A stretch of DNA of 62,269 nt, the filler included, from Gonapodya sp. JEL0774 (taxonomy: Eukaryota): the NCBI GenBank assembly GCA_027604505.1. It is 26 parts of 26 records of this genome, joined end to end, with 100 filler letters (N's around TTAATTAATTAA, not from the genome) between each part and the next. Parts side by side here need not be neighbours in the genome. Positions count along the whole stretch, not along the records: positions 33,674 to 35,970 come from JADIIX010002047.1; positions 36,071 to 38,367 come from JADIIX010002048.1; positions 38,468 to 40,764 come from JADIIX010002049.1; positions 40,865 to 43,159 come from JADIIX010002050.1; positions 43,260 to 45,553 come from JADIIX010002051.1; positions 45,654 to 47,945 come from JADIIX010002052.1; 20 more parts are not named here. One strand, 5' to 3'. The notes beneath the pieces were generated by a model that was not told where the DNA came from, ran no database searches, and saw only the letters and a program-made list of their open reading frames with translations. Both the position numbers and the translations under genes were made by a program. How positions within the stretch are numbered: position 1 is the stretch's first letter; every line of letters starts with the position of its first letter. Below are positions 33,899 through 45,698 of the stretch, piece after piece.

Positions 33899-35433
33899 CT
33901 CCCCCTGCGCTCGCTTCCTTCGACCTCGACTCCACCCTCATCACCCCACGTTCCGGCAACGTTTTCTCTCGGGACGCGTCCGACTGGCGTTTCCTGGACC
34001 CCTCGGGTAAATCTGTCGTACGTGCACTACGCAGATGTGCAGAGTCTGGCTGCAGGATTGCCCTCTTCACCAACCAGAGCGGGTTCGCGGCGAAGAAGGG
34101 GGCAAAGGCGGAGGGCAAGGAGAAGGAATTCAAGGGCAAGGTGTTGCAAGTTGCACGGCAGGTACTTTGCCTCATGTCAATACTGAGATTTCGAGATCAG
34201 AATCCACTCAAACGAATTCGTTACTTGTCAATGCCTTTCCGTCGGACGTTTAGCTGAAGGTTCCCCTACTCTTTTTTGTGGCAGTGGGGGACGACGAGTA
34301 CCGAAAGCCGCGACCAGGCATGTTTGAATTCATGCAAAAAGAGTTCGGTCCTGTCGGTAAGTCTGTGTTTCCCTATTGCGAACTTGAAGTAAAACAAAGT
34401 ACATGGATTCCTTACTTTCCTTTCAGACTTGTCCCAGTCTTTCCTTGTTGGCGACGCTGCAGGACGCGCAGCTGGCTGGAAACCGGGAAGGAAGAAGGAC
34501 TTTTCGGACTCTGACCGGTGAGAAGCGAGCTGCTCAGCCACTTCGTTCAATCTACTTCATTGTCACACTCACAACGTTTGTGCCTTCACACCGAACATCG
34601 ACAGCAAATTCGCAATGAACGTCGGAATACGCTTCTACACTCCCGAAGAGTTCTTCGCTGGTGAGGACGCCGCACCGTTCGAATTGAAGGGATTCGATCC
34701 AACGTCGTATTCCCCACCTGGTGAGTTGAACCCGTTTACTTAAGGGGTTACGTATGTGTCAACCAAAGCGATGCTGTACATGCTTCAGTAAATCTCTACA
34801 CACCCGTTCATCTGCCGCTCGTCCCGCCCTCGGACGACCAGCCAGAGTTGGTGGTGCTTGTTGGGTCACCCGGGTCTGGAAAATCAACCTTTGCGCGAAC
34901 GCATTTTGAATCGCAAGGATACGTGATCGCCAATCAGGTGCGTTGATTCTATGAGTGGTTGCTCACAGATGTCGACCATGACCATCATTCATCCCCAGGA
35001 CACCCTTAAGACGGTCGCCAAGTGCATGGACCTGGCCCGCCGTTCTCTCCTCTCTTCCAAATCCGTTGTCGTGGATGCCACCAATCGTGACGCCGGTACC
35101 CGGGCTAGTTGGATTCAACTCGCGACCGCACCACCTCTGGCGGGCAAGGTGAAACAAGTCCGTTGTGTCCACTTCACAGCATCAAAGGAGCTCTGTAAGC
35201 ACAACGGCGCGTTCCGTGCAGTGGTTGGTGAGCGGGGACAGCTCCCGGATATCGCGTACAATACGTTTTGGAGTTCGTTCGAGGAACCGAGCACTGAGGA
35301 GGGATTTGCCGCTGTAATCAAGGTGGGGTTCGTACCGGACTGGGTTGGTATAGGGGAAGAGGCGGAAAATGAGGAAGCAGGACGGGTAGAGCGGAAGAGG
35401 AGGGAGAAGCTCTGGAGGATGAGGTTGACATGA
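33899..35433 (+). CDS. PNKP: Bifunctional polynucleotide 3'-phosphatase/5'-kinase (5' truncated)
   Basis: ASFDLDSTLI, FTNQSG, YRKPRPGMF, FLVGDAAGR, DFSDSDRKFAMNVG, VGSPGSGKST, NQDTLK, VVVDATN. Confidence 0.93.
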
Positions 35434-35631
35434 AGGAGGAGGATCGTCTCCACGAACAAACGTTATCACAGATGGAGCTTTCTTTGATGTACTCTTGCAC
35501 AACTTGCTATGTATTTCTGGTATTCATTGATTATAATCTAATTGGCATTCCTAGCGACAGCTCATAGTAGCGGATACGACAAGGGTTTGCGAGAACAGGA
35601 CATATGGGATTCCATCTTCGCATATAGGTGT

Positions 35632-35970
35632 TTACAGTTTGCTATTCCAGCTCTGCTTCTTGGGCCGCGCTTTTGGGTCTGGGGTGATGAAGGCGACATC
35701 AACTCCCACCCCAATGGCCTTGTTCTCCACTGTGAAAATCTTCCTCCCTGGCTGAACAGCTTCCTTGAGCCGACGCGCTGCTCCACTGGCGCGCACTACA
35801 TCGTAAGTTCTTTCAATGTCAGACGTCTGTACCATCATACCCCAGAACTGTGTTGCCTTGCCAGCTCGTACGACCTCTATAACGGTGGAACCTATTTTGA
35901 AGAGAGCCATGGAAGGATGCTTTCCATCCTTTGCTGGTATGATCCGTCGCGGTTCCATTCCGAGAGTATC
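35632..35970 (-). CDS. Glyoxalase/VOC-like protein with C-terminal PTS1 (SKL), 5' truncated
   Basis: TLGMEPRR...FKIGSTVIEVV...FWGMMVQTSDIE...LKEAVQPGRKIFTV...VAFITP...NSKL*. Confidence 0.65.
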   Translation of the reverse strand, partial: DTLGMEPRRIIPAKDGKHPSMALFKIGSTVIEVVRAGKATQFWGMMVQTSDIERTYDVVRASGAARRLKEAVQPGRKIFTVENKAIGVGVDVAFITPDPKARPKKQSWNSKL

Positions 35971-36355
35971 NNNNNNNNNNNNNNNNNNNNNNNNNNNNNN
36001 NNNNNNNNNNNNNNTTAATTAATTAANNNNNNNNNNNNNNNNNNNNNNNNNNNNNNNNNNNNNNNNNNNNGCACGATTCGGACATGGAGGTACAATTCAA
36101 AAGGAAGAAATGTTTTCGAAGTCCCGGTACATTTTCTGAGCATGACACAGCCGGACAAGGAACCGTCCGCCAAACTCTGCAAGATTCGCAGTGAAGCGAC
36201 CGTAGCGGTGGCTATGGTGACGAAACTAGTGAGTAATGCGCCTCTTTTTGTTGCACTGTTCCAACGTATGCACAATAGTCACAAACAAGTAGAACAAGTA
36301 GAAAAATAACGAACTTTAGTTAGAGAAAAAAAAACACAATTACTTAGAGTGGTCC

Positions 36356-37735
36356 TCAAAATGCGGCCCCAAACGCAGGGTCTCGGCGTACGACTCTCCC
36401 ATTCGCCACCGTAATACTAACACGCCTATTCCAGCATTGGTACACCGAAGGCCAACCATCTAGTTCCAGTGCAGTTTCTGCCGACCAAAAAATCATTACT
36501 TCAATCTTCAAATCAGGATTGACAGTGTCAAGTGCACCTGTCCGGAAGCTCCCAAATGCAGATAACAAAAAGCTCGGTGTATTGTGGGCTTGGATACTGA
36601 ACATAAGGTGGAGAGTGGTCAAAAGCTTGGTGACATCACTTGGGGAGCAGTGGGGCACTTTGGTGTCATAGCCAGATAGTGTGAATTGTAATTTGTAATT
36701 TTCGAATACCGGTGAGAGGTGGTGTTGAACGAGCAGTAACAACTGGTAGAAATAAACAGCAAGGTTCACTATCAACAAAAAGGTTGAGTGCAGGTGTTCC
36801 GAGCTTCTCGAGGTTACATATCTGGTGCTCGGAGCAATTCAAAGTAGAGCGAGTCTCTTCTGTTGTTGAATGTCGGTACGAGGAGTGTCTTCACAAGTCT
36901 ACGACGCTCTTTTGGGATATTGGTCATCAACTGGGGCCGTGCCATGTTAAAGTCCTCTGCTAATATCGGTCAGAAGACTGACCCGCTGAAGCTAGAAACA
37001 GCTCAAGCATTCGGGGAACATCCGAAACCAAACCTCCATTTGCTCTGACTTGTGCGTGGTTCGAGGCACAGTCAAAGCAGTAACAGAGTCCAAATCGAGT
37101 CCTTTCGGGAATACTGGAATGAGATGACCGGAATCGTGTCTTTGTCCTCCAATGCAGAAATGACGGACGGGACCGATCTCCTGCATAGACACTACAAATC
37201 GCCTAAACATTTCTCCAAATGCTTCCCACGGTCTCAAACGTACCCCTCCTAGAAGGTGCTTCCGTGGTTGAAAAAGAACGTCCATTCAAAATGTGTAACA
37301 ACCGCATTATCGATGGCCACCTTTACGCGCTGGCTTCGGTCTCTCAGAGCATTCTGTGCGGTAAGTTTGATGTTGAGAGTTTTAATTGTGACTTCCCAGA
37401 GACGGTCAATCTGGCCAAAAGCGGCATCGTGTCCTGCGAATTGGCCGAGCAGATCATATTGGAACAAAGTGAAGCCCAAACGATCCCGTCGGGTCCATGA
37501 ATTTGCCAAAATGAATCCAAAATGCTTGTCGTCGTTCTAGTCGAATTCGAAATTCCAGTGCCAAGGGAAATTACACAAGCAACTGCGAGCGGATCCCCGG
37601 CGCAGCCTGGTATGGCATCCAGAGAAGCCGCGTGAAAATAATGTGACAGCCGCAAAATAGTGCCGTAGAACGTTTTCAGAGGAAGGAAACGGAATAAATA
37701 CGTTTTGGAGTGTCTCAAGCGGAAGCGACGTAATG
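36356..37735 (-). pseudogene. Pseudogenised IPGC-x-G family F-box gene
   Basis: SLPLETLQNV / FRFLPLKTFYG...LDAIPGCAG split by a 4-bp duplication at 37693-37700; further frameshifts and stops; ELLRAP motif retained. Confidence 0.75.
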
Positions 37736-38467
37736 GTTCGAGACGGCGTTGATGTCGGCGTGATCAGCGAGCTCGGCACAGATTCCGTCAGGATGACTCG
37801 CCGCAACGTATTTCACGTTGCTTTTCGACAGCCGCGAGTCAAATTCAAATTACAGTTACAAAAACATTCTCGAAGTCCGAGATCCCACGGTGACCACAGC
37901 ATCAGAAGATGTCACAGTAAGTCAGTTCATTCACGACTTTCAAGCCGTCGAGTCCAGCCATGCGGTTCACACGATTTCTTCTTAAGGAGGTCAGTGTCTG
38001 GTTGTGACCGTCTTGCCGGATTGCGCTTGACTGCCGAAACCAGGACGTGCAGCGCTATTTGAAAGCTCGATCGAAGAAGACAACACACGTTGGAGGATCA
38101 CCGTGGTTTTCCGGGGATGGCTGGCCTGGCTGCAGAGCTGCTGCAGAACAGCCTGTCGTCATATGCATCCGTCGTTGTTGGTATCCGGTGGGAGTGCAGT
38201 GGGGGAGACGGACCAATCACACATCGGCGGGGTGTCGCACGCGGGAAAGAGCTGCAAATATGATCTTTTTGTGCGGTGGTGATCTGGCTATTGAATGGAT
38301 ATTGGGAAGAGAGGGGGGCAAGACGGGAAGAGCAGTTGTTGAGTTTGGGAAGGTGAATGGTGAAACGNNNNNNNNNNNNNNNNNNNNNNNNNNNNNNNNN
38401 NNNNNNNNNNNTTAATTAATTAANNNNNNNNNNNNNNNNNNNNNNNNNNNNNNNNNNNNNNNNNNNN

Positions 38468-40764
38468 TCACCAGTTATCCGCCTTGCAGCTCGTACGTTC
38501 CACTGTGACAGTCGGACATGTCGAGGTCACGATGAGGTTCGCGTGCTCTGTCTCCGCAGCGTGGTGGGCGAGAGTACAGTGAAGATCGTGAGGAGGAACG
38601 GAGACGGAAAGTTCCTGGAAGAAATCAACTGGTAAAAGTTTTGTAATTGACTTTGCCTTGTGTGACTTTCATTGTTTCTCCCGATTGATTTGTAAAGTGC
38701 CGCGCCACTTCCTCATCATACCCGCTGTGCGTACTGCCGCCAGCCTCTGGTCGAGCAATTTTGCAATCGCTTACTTACTCAAGCTCAAGTGCTATGGCTT
38801 CATTGTCCAAGGACCCAAAGTGACGCTTGGGGCGAGGGCGGGCATGGGAGCTGGAATGGCGAACTGGAAGTGGAGGTGGCAGGTGAAAGGCTTCGTAGAG
38901 TCGAAAAACATTGAGTCTCGACTGACTTGCTGGTACTGTAAAGATGATTTAATTAACTCGGTCGGAGTTGGGGACTTGGTGGAAGTGATCGGCGTGTTGT
39001 TCAAGACTGCTCCAGATCTACATGGTAAAACACTTTTTGGTCCCTCCTTATTCGATGGCCAATCTCTTGCGAATTCTCAGCTACAAAGCTTCACCGATCT
39101 AGGGTTTCTATTACGATGGAGGTGAGCGCCAATCCGCTTTCTTGAATCTGGATGTACCGTCAACCCTTTCGCCTCTCGCCAATGTCGAAAGGTCACATCC
39201 CTCCGTCGCATCTCTTGGCATCCCCGACTGCTTCATGATCCTTTCCATCTAGGTGAGATAGGTGACAGTTTGGCACACGGGATCAATCTCCAGGTCCTGC
39301 CTGAGTCCGTGCAACGGCTTCTCGATGGTTAGTGGAAACACAACGCTTCAGACCAAGAATTGTAAACATCGCTCGCTTTGCACAGAGGGTCTTTCTGCTT
39401 GGGCATTTCTACTCAGACTAGTGGATTCGTTCTGTGGTGAGAGGTGCTTTGTACTAGGAGCAAGCGCACCCCTTCCTTACAACCTCCCTACTCAGCCGAG
39501 ATCGTACCAGTGAATGCCTGGCGCCGGGTCAAGCTCGCACTCATGCTGAGGTAACATCAATTGGCATCAATAGCGACTGTGTTACCCCTTCGTGCGTACT
39601 CAATGTCGATGATCCCTGAACAGCCTCGTTTCCATTTCCCCTGACGACTTTCACACCATCAATGTTGACCGAGAGCTTCCGAAAGCCGCATTTGATCCAG
39701 ACGATGACAGTGCTTCGACTTTAATGGCACTAGATTCTCCACCTTCGCGATCTTCCATCAACGTATTATTGGTGCTGGATTCCGAAGTTCCTGCACTGCG
39801 CCGTTTAGTGGAAAGGGCCGCGAGTCTCAAGAAAAATGGGCGATGGAACTACGGTGGAGTTTTTGAAGGACAAAGAGGAAAAAGAAGGCAAGCATTGTTG
39901 GAGGTAAGAAGGAAGAAGGAAGGAAAGGAGGAAGTGGTAGAGGTGGATGGTGAGAATCTCAACGGACTCTATTTAGTCTTGCTTGTCGTAAACATTCATT
40001 CGCTACAGCTTCTCAGATTGCATCAGCCGTTGGCGGTGTACTGCTTCTCCCACCAGATCTAAAGCTCCTCAAAAATCGTGATTTGGAGCACTTGTTTGCT
40101 GTTATGTCCACACCGTCATCAAGAGTGCATCCTGCCCTGGTGATGAACGTAGATACGTGCTTCTGGGGAACGATCTTGGAAGCTAAATCCGACGGAAACA
40201 ACAAATTTGGTCAGAAGGTAGCTCCGTTACCTGGATCGACGGGAGTGGAGATGCTGTTGGGACAAGAACTTGTGCGACAAGTAGCAGGGTTAGCTGTCTT
40301 CTTATGTCTTCCTCAAATAATGCGATCACCCGAGTTTTTCGTATGATCGTACACGCGATTCCTTAGGAACTTCGACGTCATCCTCCACATAAAGTCTGAA
40401 GCCTCCGGTCCTGAAAGTGAAGTCGCCGATGCTGCGGTGTGTGACATGATTCTCACTGAGTCGCAAGGATACGATCATCAGTGTGGAACTCCTTCTGAAA
40501 TCTCGAGGGACGAATGGATATCGTTCCTGGCAGTAGCAGAACGAAGAAACGTGGAGTGAGTACATAGTCGATCCATGATTTGGTGTGTGTTAAAGAAGAC
40601 GCTTTGTTACCCTGGTAGGATCTCCGATGAGTGTCAAGCGCTCCTTGCATCTTATTACATGGCGTATCGGAGGAGCCAATCCAGCACACAAGTCATTGCT
40701 GGTTCAGGCGCGAGGGACCCGGCATATGGGGTCATGGAGGTATGGATATCCTGCAATCTGGTCG
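38468..40764 (+). CDS. MCMDC2: MCMDC2-like non-catalytic MCM-domain protein (both ends truncated, multi-exon)
   Basis: OB-fold DDLINSVGVGDLVEVIG; SAWAFLLRLVDSF|IVPVNAWRRVKLALML; SINVLLVLDSEVPALRRLVERAASL with no Walker A GK[ST]; DECQALLASYYMAYRR. Confidence 0.65.
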
Positions 40765-40864
40765 NNNNNNNNNNNNNNNNNNNNNNNNNNNNNNNNNNNN
40801 NNNNNNNNTTAATTAATTAANNNNNNNNNNNNNNNNNNNNNNNNNNNNNNNNNNNNNNNNNNNN

Positions 40865-43159
40865 CTTGACGTGTGGCCACGCTATGTCGGCCAAACTCCC
40901 GTTTGCCACACGTCCACTACTGCTCGCACTGCCTTTGCGACAATGCAGTACCAGGGGGAGGTGTACTACGACTGGGCCGACGTTGCAAACTCGGCTCCCA
41001 CCCGAAGGTCAGGCAACGTCACAGTGTCACCTCCAGTCATGGTGGTTTACAACGGCATAGTGCTGGACGTATTCCGTCTCTTGGCTGAGAATCCCCTCTT
41101 CTTAGGGCAGGACGTGTACGACATCATTTTATCACGGCTTGGTGGGGATTTGACTAGTGCCCTCTCGGCCACCACGGAGCTGCGGGGAAAGGCCCAATGC
41201 CTCGAAGAGATTTTCAAAATTGGCGTTGTTGATCCCACAACACCAGGGTGCATCGTATCACAGATCTTGTTGTACGTCTCTCTGGTGGTCATTATAGGGG
41301 TGGTAAGTAGTTTTTCTCCACAATAATCTTCTTTGCGATTCTCAACTCCAGTCTCATCTGCGAATAGGTCGTCATCAAATGGGCACTTGCAGTCGTGTTC
41401 TACTACTCCATCTCCACCGGCCTCGGTGACTCTTCCGCCAACGTGAAACGTTCCCATCCTCTGAGCAAGGAGCCGCTAGCAAAATCGGTGTCCTCCAACA
41501 CATTTCCTAGCTGTGATACTGACTCGGTAGATGCAAAGGACAGTAGCAGTGCAAGCGTTATTGATGGCAGCATGCTAGCTCGCCGGGTGCCCAATGGCAT
41601 GGGTGGAGTCAAGGTGGATCTGTTTGGACCTGCAAGCGTGGAAGGCCACCAAAGAGATGCTGACTCTATCATGACAGCTGGCACTGGGGTATCAAGCTTG
41701 GTACCGAACGCAATGTTGAGGAGGAGGCAGTTGCCAGAAGGGTGGAGGAGCGATTTGATGCACGTGATCCTCATGGTCACTTGGTAAGAAAACTTGTCTT
41801 GTGTCCAGCAGTATCGCGTTGCGCGTTGACCAGTTTACACCATTACAATCCAATTTCCACCTTCCCAACCTTCGAAGCTACTCCGAAGGTGAAGACTCAA
41901 TGCGGCAGACCATCGATTCACTAGCTTTGGCTGACTACCCAGATGAGCGGAAGCTGATTTTAGTTGTGTGTGACGGTATAATTCACGGATCAGGCAACGA
42001 AAAACCGACACCCGACATTGTGCAGGACTTGATTGTTCCGGCGACAGACGTAAGTGTACACCCTCCTCGCGAGCTCGAATCGAGTACTGACGAGGTTTTC
42101 ACCGACTTCGCCGCTCATATCACTAGGTGATCAACCCCATCCGCTTCCCTGACCCTCCCATTGAAGGCTCCTACGTTGCTATCGCTGATGGCTCCAAGCG
42201 TGAGAACAAAGCGAAAGTGATTACTGGCTACGCCAAAACCGCCTACGAAATCCATCATCGCCGCGTCCCAGTAATTTGCATTGTCAAGGTTGGCAACGAA
42301 GAAGAGCAGAGGCAATACAAAGCTGGTGACTTGAAGAAGCCTGGGAACCGAGGGAAGCGCGACTCGCAAGTTATCGTCATGAATTTCCTTCAGAAGGTCA
42401 TCTTCGACGACAGGTTGACGGACTTTGAATATGACTTGTTTTCCAAGATTTGGGCCCTGACTGGTGTGCCGCCGGATACGTTTGAGGCATTATTGATGGT
42501 GGACGCAGATACAAAGGTATACCCCGACTCCTTGAGGCACTTGGTGGCGTGCATGATGAGGGATCACTCTGTGGTTGGACTGTGTGGAGAGACAAAGATT
42601 GAGAATAAGACGTCGTCCTGGGTGACTATGATCCAGGTGCGTTTAGACTGGACCGTGGAAACTGACACATATATTCGATCTAACGCCGAAACTCCTTCCA
42701 AGCAAGGTCTTCGAGTATCACATCTCGCACCACCTTTCTAAAGCGTTTGAATCCATATTTGGCGGCGTCACGTGTCTTCCGGGATGTTTCTGCATGTACA
42801 GGATCAAGGCGCCCAAGGGTCCGCAAGGGTACTATGTGCCGATCTTGGCAAATCCAGACATTGTGGAGCAGTATTCAGAGAATGTGGTAGATACACTTCA
42901 CAAGAAGAACTTGCTTTTGTTAGGCGAGGATCGGTAAGGAACTTGGTCGTGGCGAAATTCTCACTGAATATATCCGCAACCCTTCTATCGGGAACTTTAA
43001 TACAGGTACCTCTCCACCCTCATGCTTAAGACCTTCCCCAAACGCAAGATGCTGTTCGTACCGCAAGCCAAGTGCAAGACCCTGGTCCCTGAAGACTTCA
43101 AGGTCCTGCTGTCTCAACGCAGGCGGTGGATCAACTCCACAGTGCACAACCTGATGGAG
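40865..43159 (+). CDS. Chitin synthase, division 2 (class IV/V-like), internal fragment
   Basis: Cytochrome b5-like [60 protein letters not shown]. Confidence 0.95.
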
Positions 43160-43259
43160 NNNNNNNNNNNNNNNNNNNNNNNNNNNNNNNNNNNNNNNNN
43201 NNNTTAATTAATTAANNNNNNNNNNNNNNNNNNNNNNNNNNNNNNNNNNNNNNNNNNNN

Positions 43260-44142
43260 AATCGATGGAAAGGGCAGAATTGGTGTCACGCTACCAGAAA
43301 GTATCTGTCGCGGGCCAAACATGACAAAGCTCACCGATGCCCATCCATCAACGTATCCAACGTTCACATACACTTCGTTACTAGCCAAAGCGCTCAGCTC
43401 ACCTTTGTTCCGAGCGACAAAATCCGCGATTGCATGCATGAGTTTCCTGATCGCGTAGGAAGGTTCTGGTTTGTGTTTTGGGAGACTGTGTGAAATCATG
43501 GTGAGCTCGAGTCGATGTACGGTATTCTCCAATTTCAAGTTGTGAGACTCCTAATTAAACATTTGTAAGTGCGTTGCGAGTTGTAGCGTCCGATCCAATG
43601 GGAGTGGCATTGCTCACCGATTTAAGAGTCGAATTCTCGCTGACCAGATCGCGCACCTGCTGCTCCAGATCTGATACCTTCTTCTCAAATACGGTATTCA
43701 GTTCTTGCAATGTGGTTTCGTGAATTGTAATTTTCCGGGGGTTCCACAAGGGTGGGCACATCGACTCGCAATGCAGACAGATCACCACAATGGAGTTGTA
43801 GACCACTTTGCTTCCCCGCTTGATATCGCTGGAGCGTTCGCAGGAATTGAGTGTTGGGTTGTCTGTAAGTTGCGGCGAGCTCAACTTCCTTTACCACGGC
43901 ACCGTGTCGGAGTAGCAGTTTGATGATTTCAATAGACGGATCGAGGTTACGTCTCTGCAATACGTTGTAGCTAGAGTGCGGATGGTCCAGATGCGCGTGT
44001 GCAAAATCAAGATTGACGTGGAGTTGACGGTCTCCTTATCAGCGGAATGGAAACCGGGGGTCGACTGCACAGCATCGATGAGTTCAAGTTCGTCGTCCGT
44101 CTCCACAGCAGCGAGGACAGCGGTTCTTTGCTCCTTCGACAT
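43260..44142 (-). CDS. Ankyrin-like repeat + coiled coil + C-terminal SH3-like domain protein (3' truncated)
   Basis: IEIIKLLLRHGAVV; FEKKVSDLEQQVRDLVSENSTLK; MHAIADFVARNKGEL...VYVNVGYVDGWAS; exon joins inferred. Confidence 0.55.
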
Positions 44143-44765
44143 TGGTGGGTTGTTTCGGGAAAGGCCTCAGCAACGGTAAGAGGACCCTCTCATTTGGCCT
44201 TCCTCAAACCACAATGATATGTATGATGGCAAACCCAACGACTCAAATCAACTGTGTCAGCTCCAAGTCTATTCATTGCCACGTTCGTTTTCATTCGCTG
44301 AGCGCCATATCCCAAACTATCGTTGAAGCCGCCGCATGCGGAGACGAAGAAGGAAGATCGCACAAAAATCAATGACCGAAGGTTTTGACCTCAGCGGCAG
44401 AACGAGAGGCAACTTGCGCAAGAACTGACCGACGCTTCTGTACGCGCAGTATATCTCGCCAGAGACGTACAGTCTTTCGGTTCCCCTCTCCAGCAATTGT
44501 ACTGGGAGAGTACTAGTGGAGTGGATCGTTTTGGCTAGTACATGTTTATACATAGCGAGGTAGTCGAAGCGCCAAAAATTGTACTTGGTTTTAGATCGCT
44601 CATCATGAGAAAAGTTTGCGGAGTTGGTTGGTGGGAGACGCGGGCCTGGCAAACACCCCGAGAACAACAAACCCCACGCTACCTGATCATAAGGGATCCC
44701 GGAACACGCCGAAAACAAGCGAGAAACAATCCATCGACATCATTAGAGAGTTTGGAGAAATTCCG

Positions 44766-45553
44766 ATGACTCGTCAAGTGTTCGTCTTGCTTCTCCTGGG
44801 TCTTCTGATCACCTTCAGCGCGGCGGGTCGAGTGTGCCGGTCAACCTGCCAGTACCCCACTTGGGATCCACTCGAAGGATGTCCCCCGGGAACGCTGCTG
44901 GTGAAGCCAGGTGGTGGAAAAGGCTCGTTTGGGTCCATCCAAGCAGCCATCTTGTCCCTTGGAAACAGTACAAAGCCGGCGACGATCCTGATTCAAGCGG
45001 GCAATTACACTGAGCGACTGAACGTCACCAGACAAGCACCCATCACGCTGTTGGGACAGACGTACTACCCGAACTCGCCTTCGGACAATTTGGTGAAGGT
45101 TATTTGGAGCAATGCTACTGCTGGGATCACCAACAAAACCTACGACAACGCTTTCACCTCGACTCTCACTGTGGCACCGAATCTGAATGCATCACTAACC
45201 GGGACCGGACCATGGGGATTCCCGGTCCCAGCTGATACTCCCCTCGGCAACTCAGATTTCAAGGCATATAACAGTGAGCAATGCCGGTCCTTTTGTGTCT
45301 GAGAGGAACTTTGCTGACGATCGAATTTTCCACCAATAACGTTCACGTTCATGGTGATCACTTCATTGGCCTATCTAGTTGACTTCTCGAATGTCTATGC
45401 CAACATGACCGCTGGGCCTGCTTTGGTTATCTCGATCAGCTACGCTAACGCGAGTTTCTATCAGTGCGGTTTTTATAGCTACCAAGACACGGTGTATATC
45501 GGCAAAATCGGCAACACATACATGTACAACAGCATCGTAGCGGGACAGGTGGA
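44766..45553 (+). CDS. Secreted pectin methylesterase (CE8), 3' truncated
   Basis: Signal peptide; FGSIQAAILSL...ILIQAGNYTERLNV; TSTLTVAP; GPALVISIS...FYQCGFYSYQDTVYIG. Confidence 0.9.
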
Positions 45554-45698
45554 NNNNNNNNNNNNNNNNNNNNNNNNNNNNNNNNNNNNNNNNNNNNTTA
45601 ATTAATTAANNNNNNNNNNNNNNNNNNNNNNNNNNNNNNNNNNNNNNNNNNNNGATGATATCTTCCCGTCTTCATGGCCGGAAACTCCAAACATCCAG

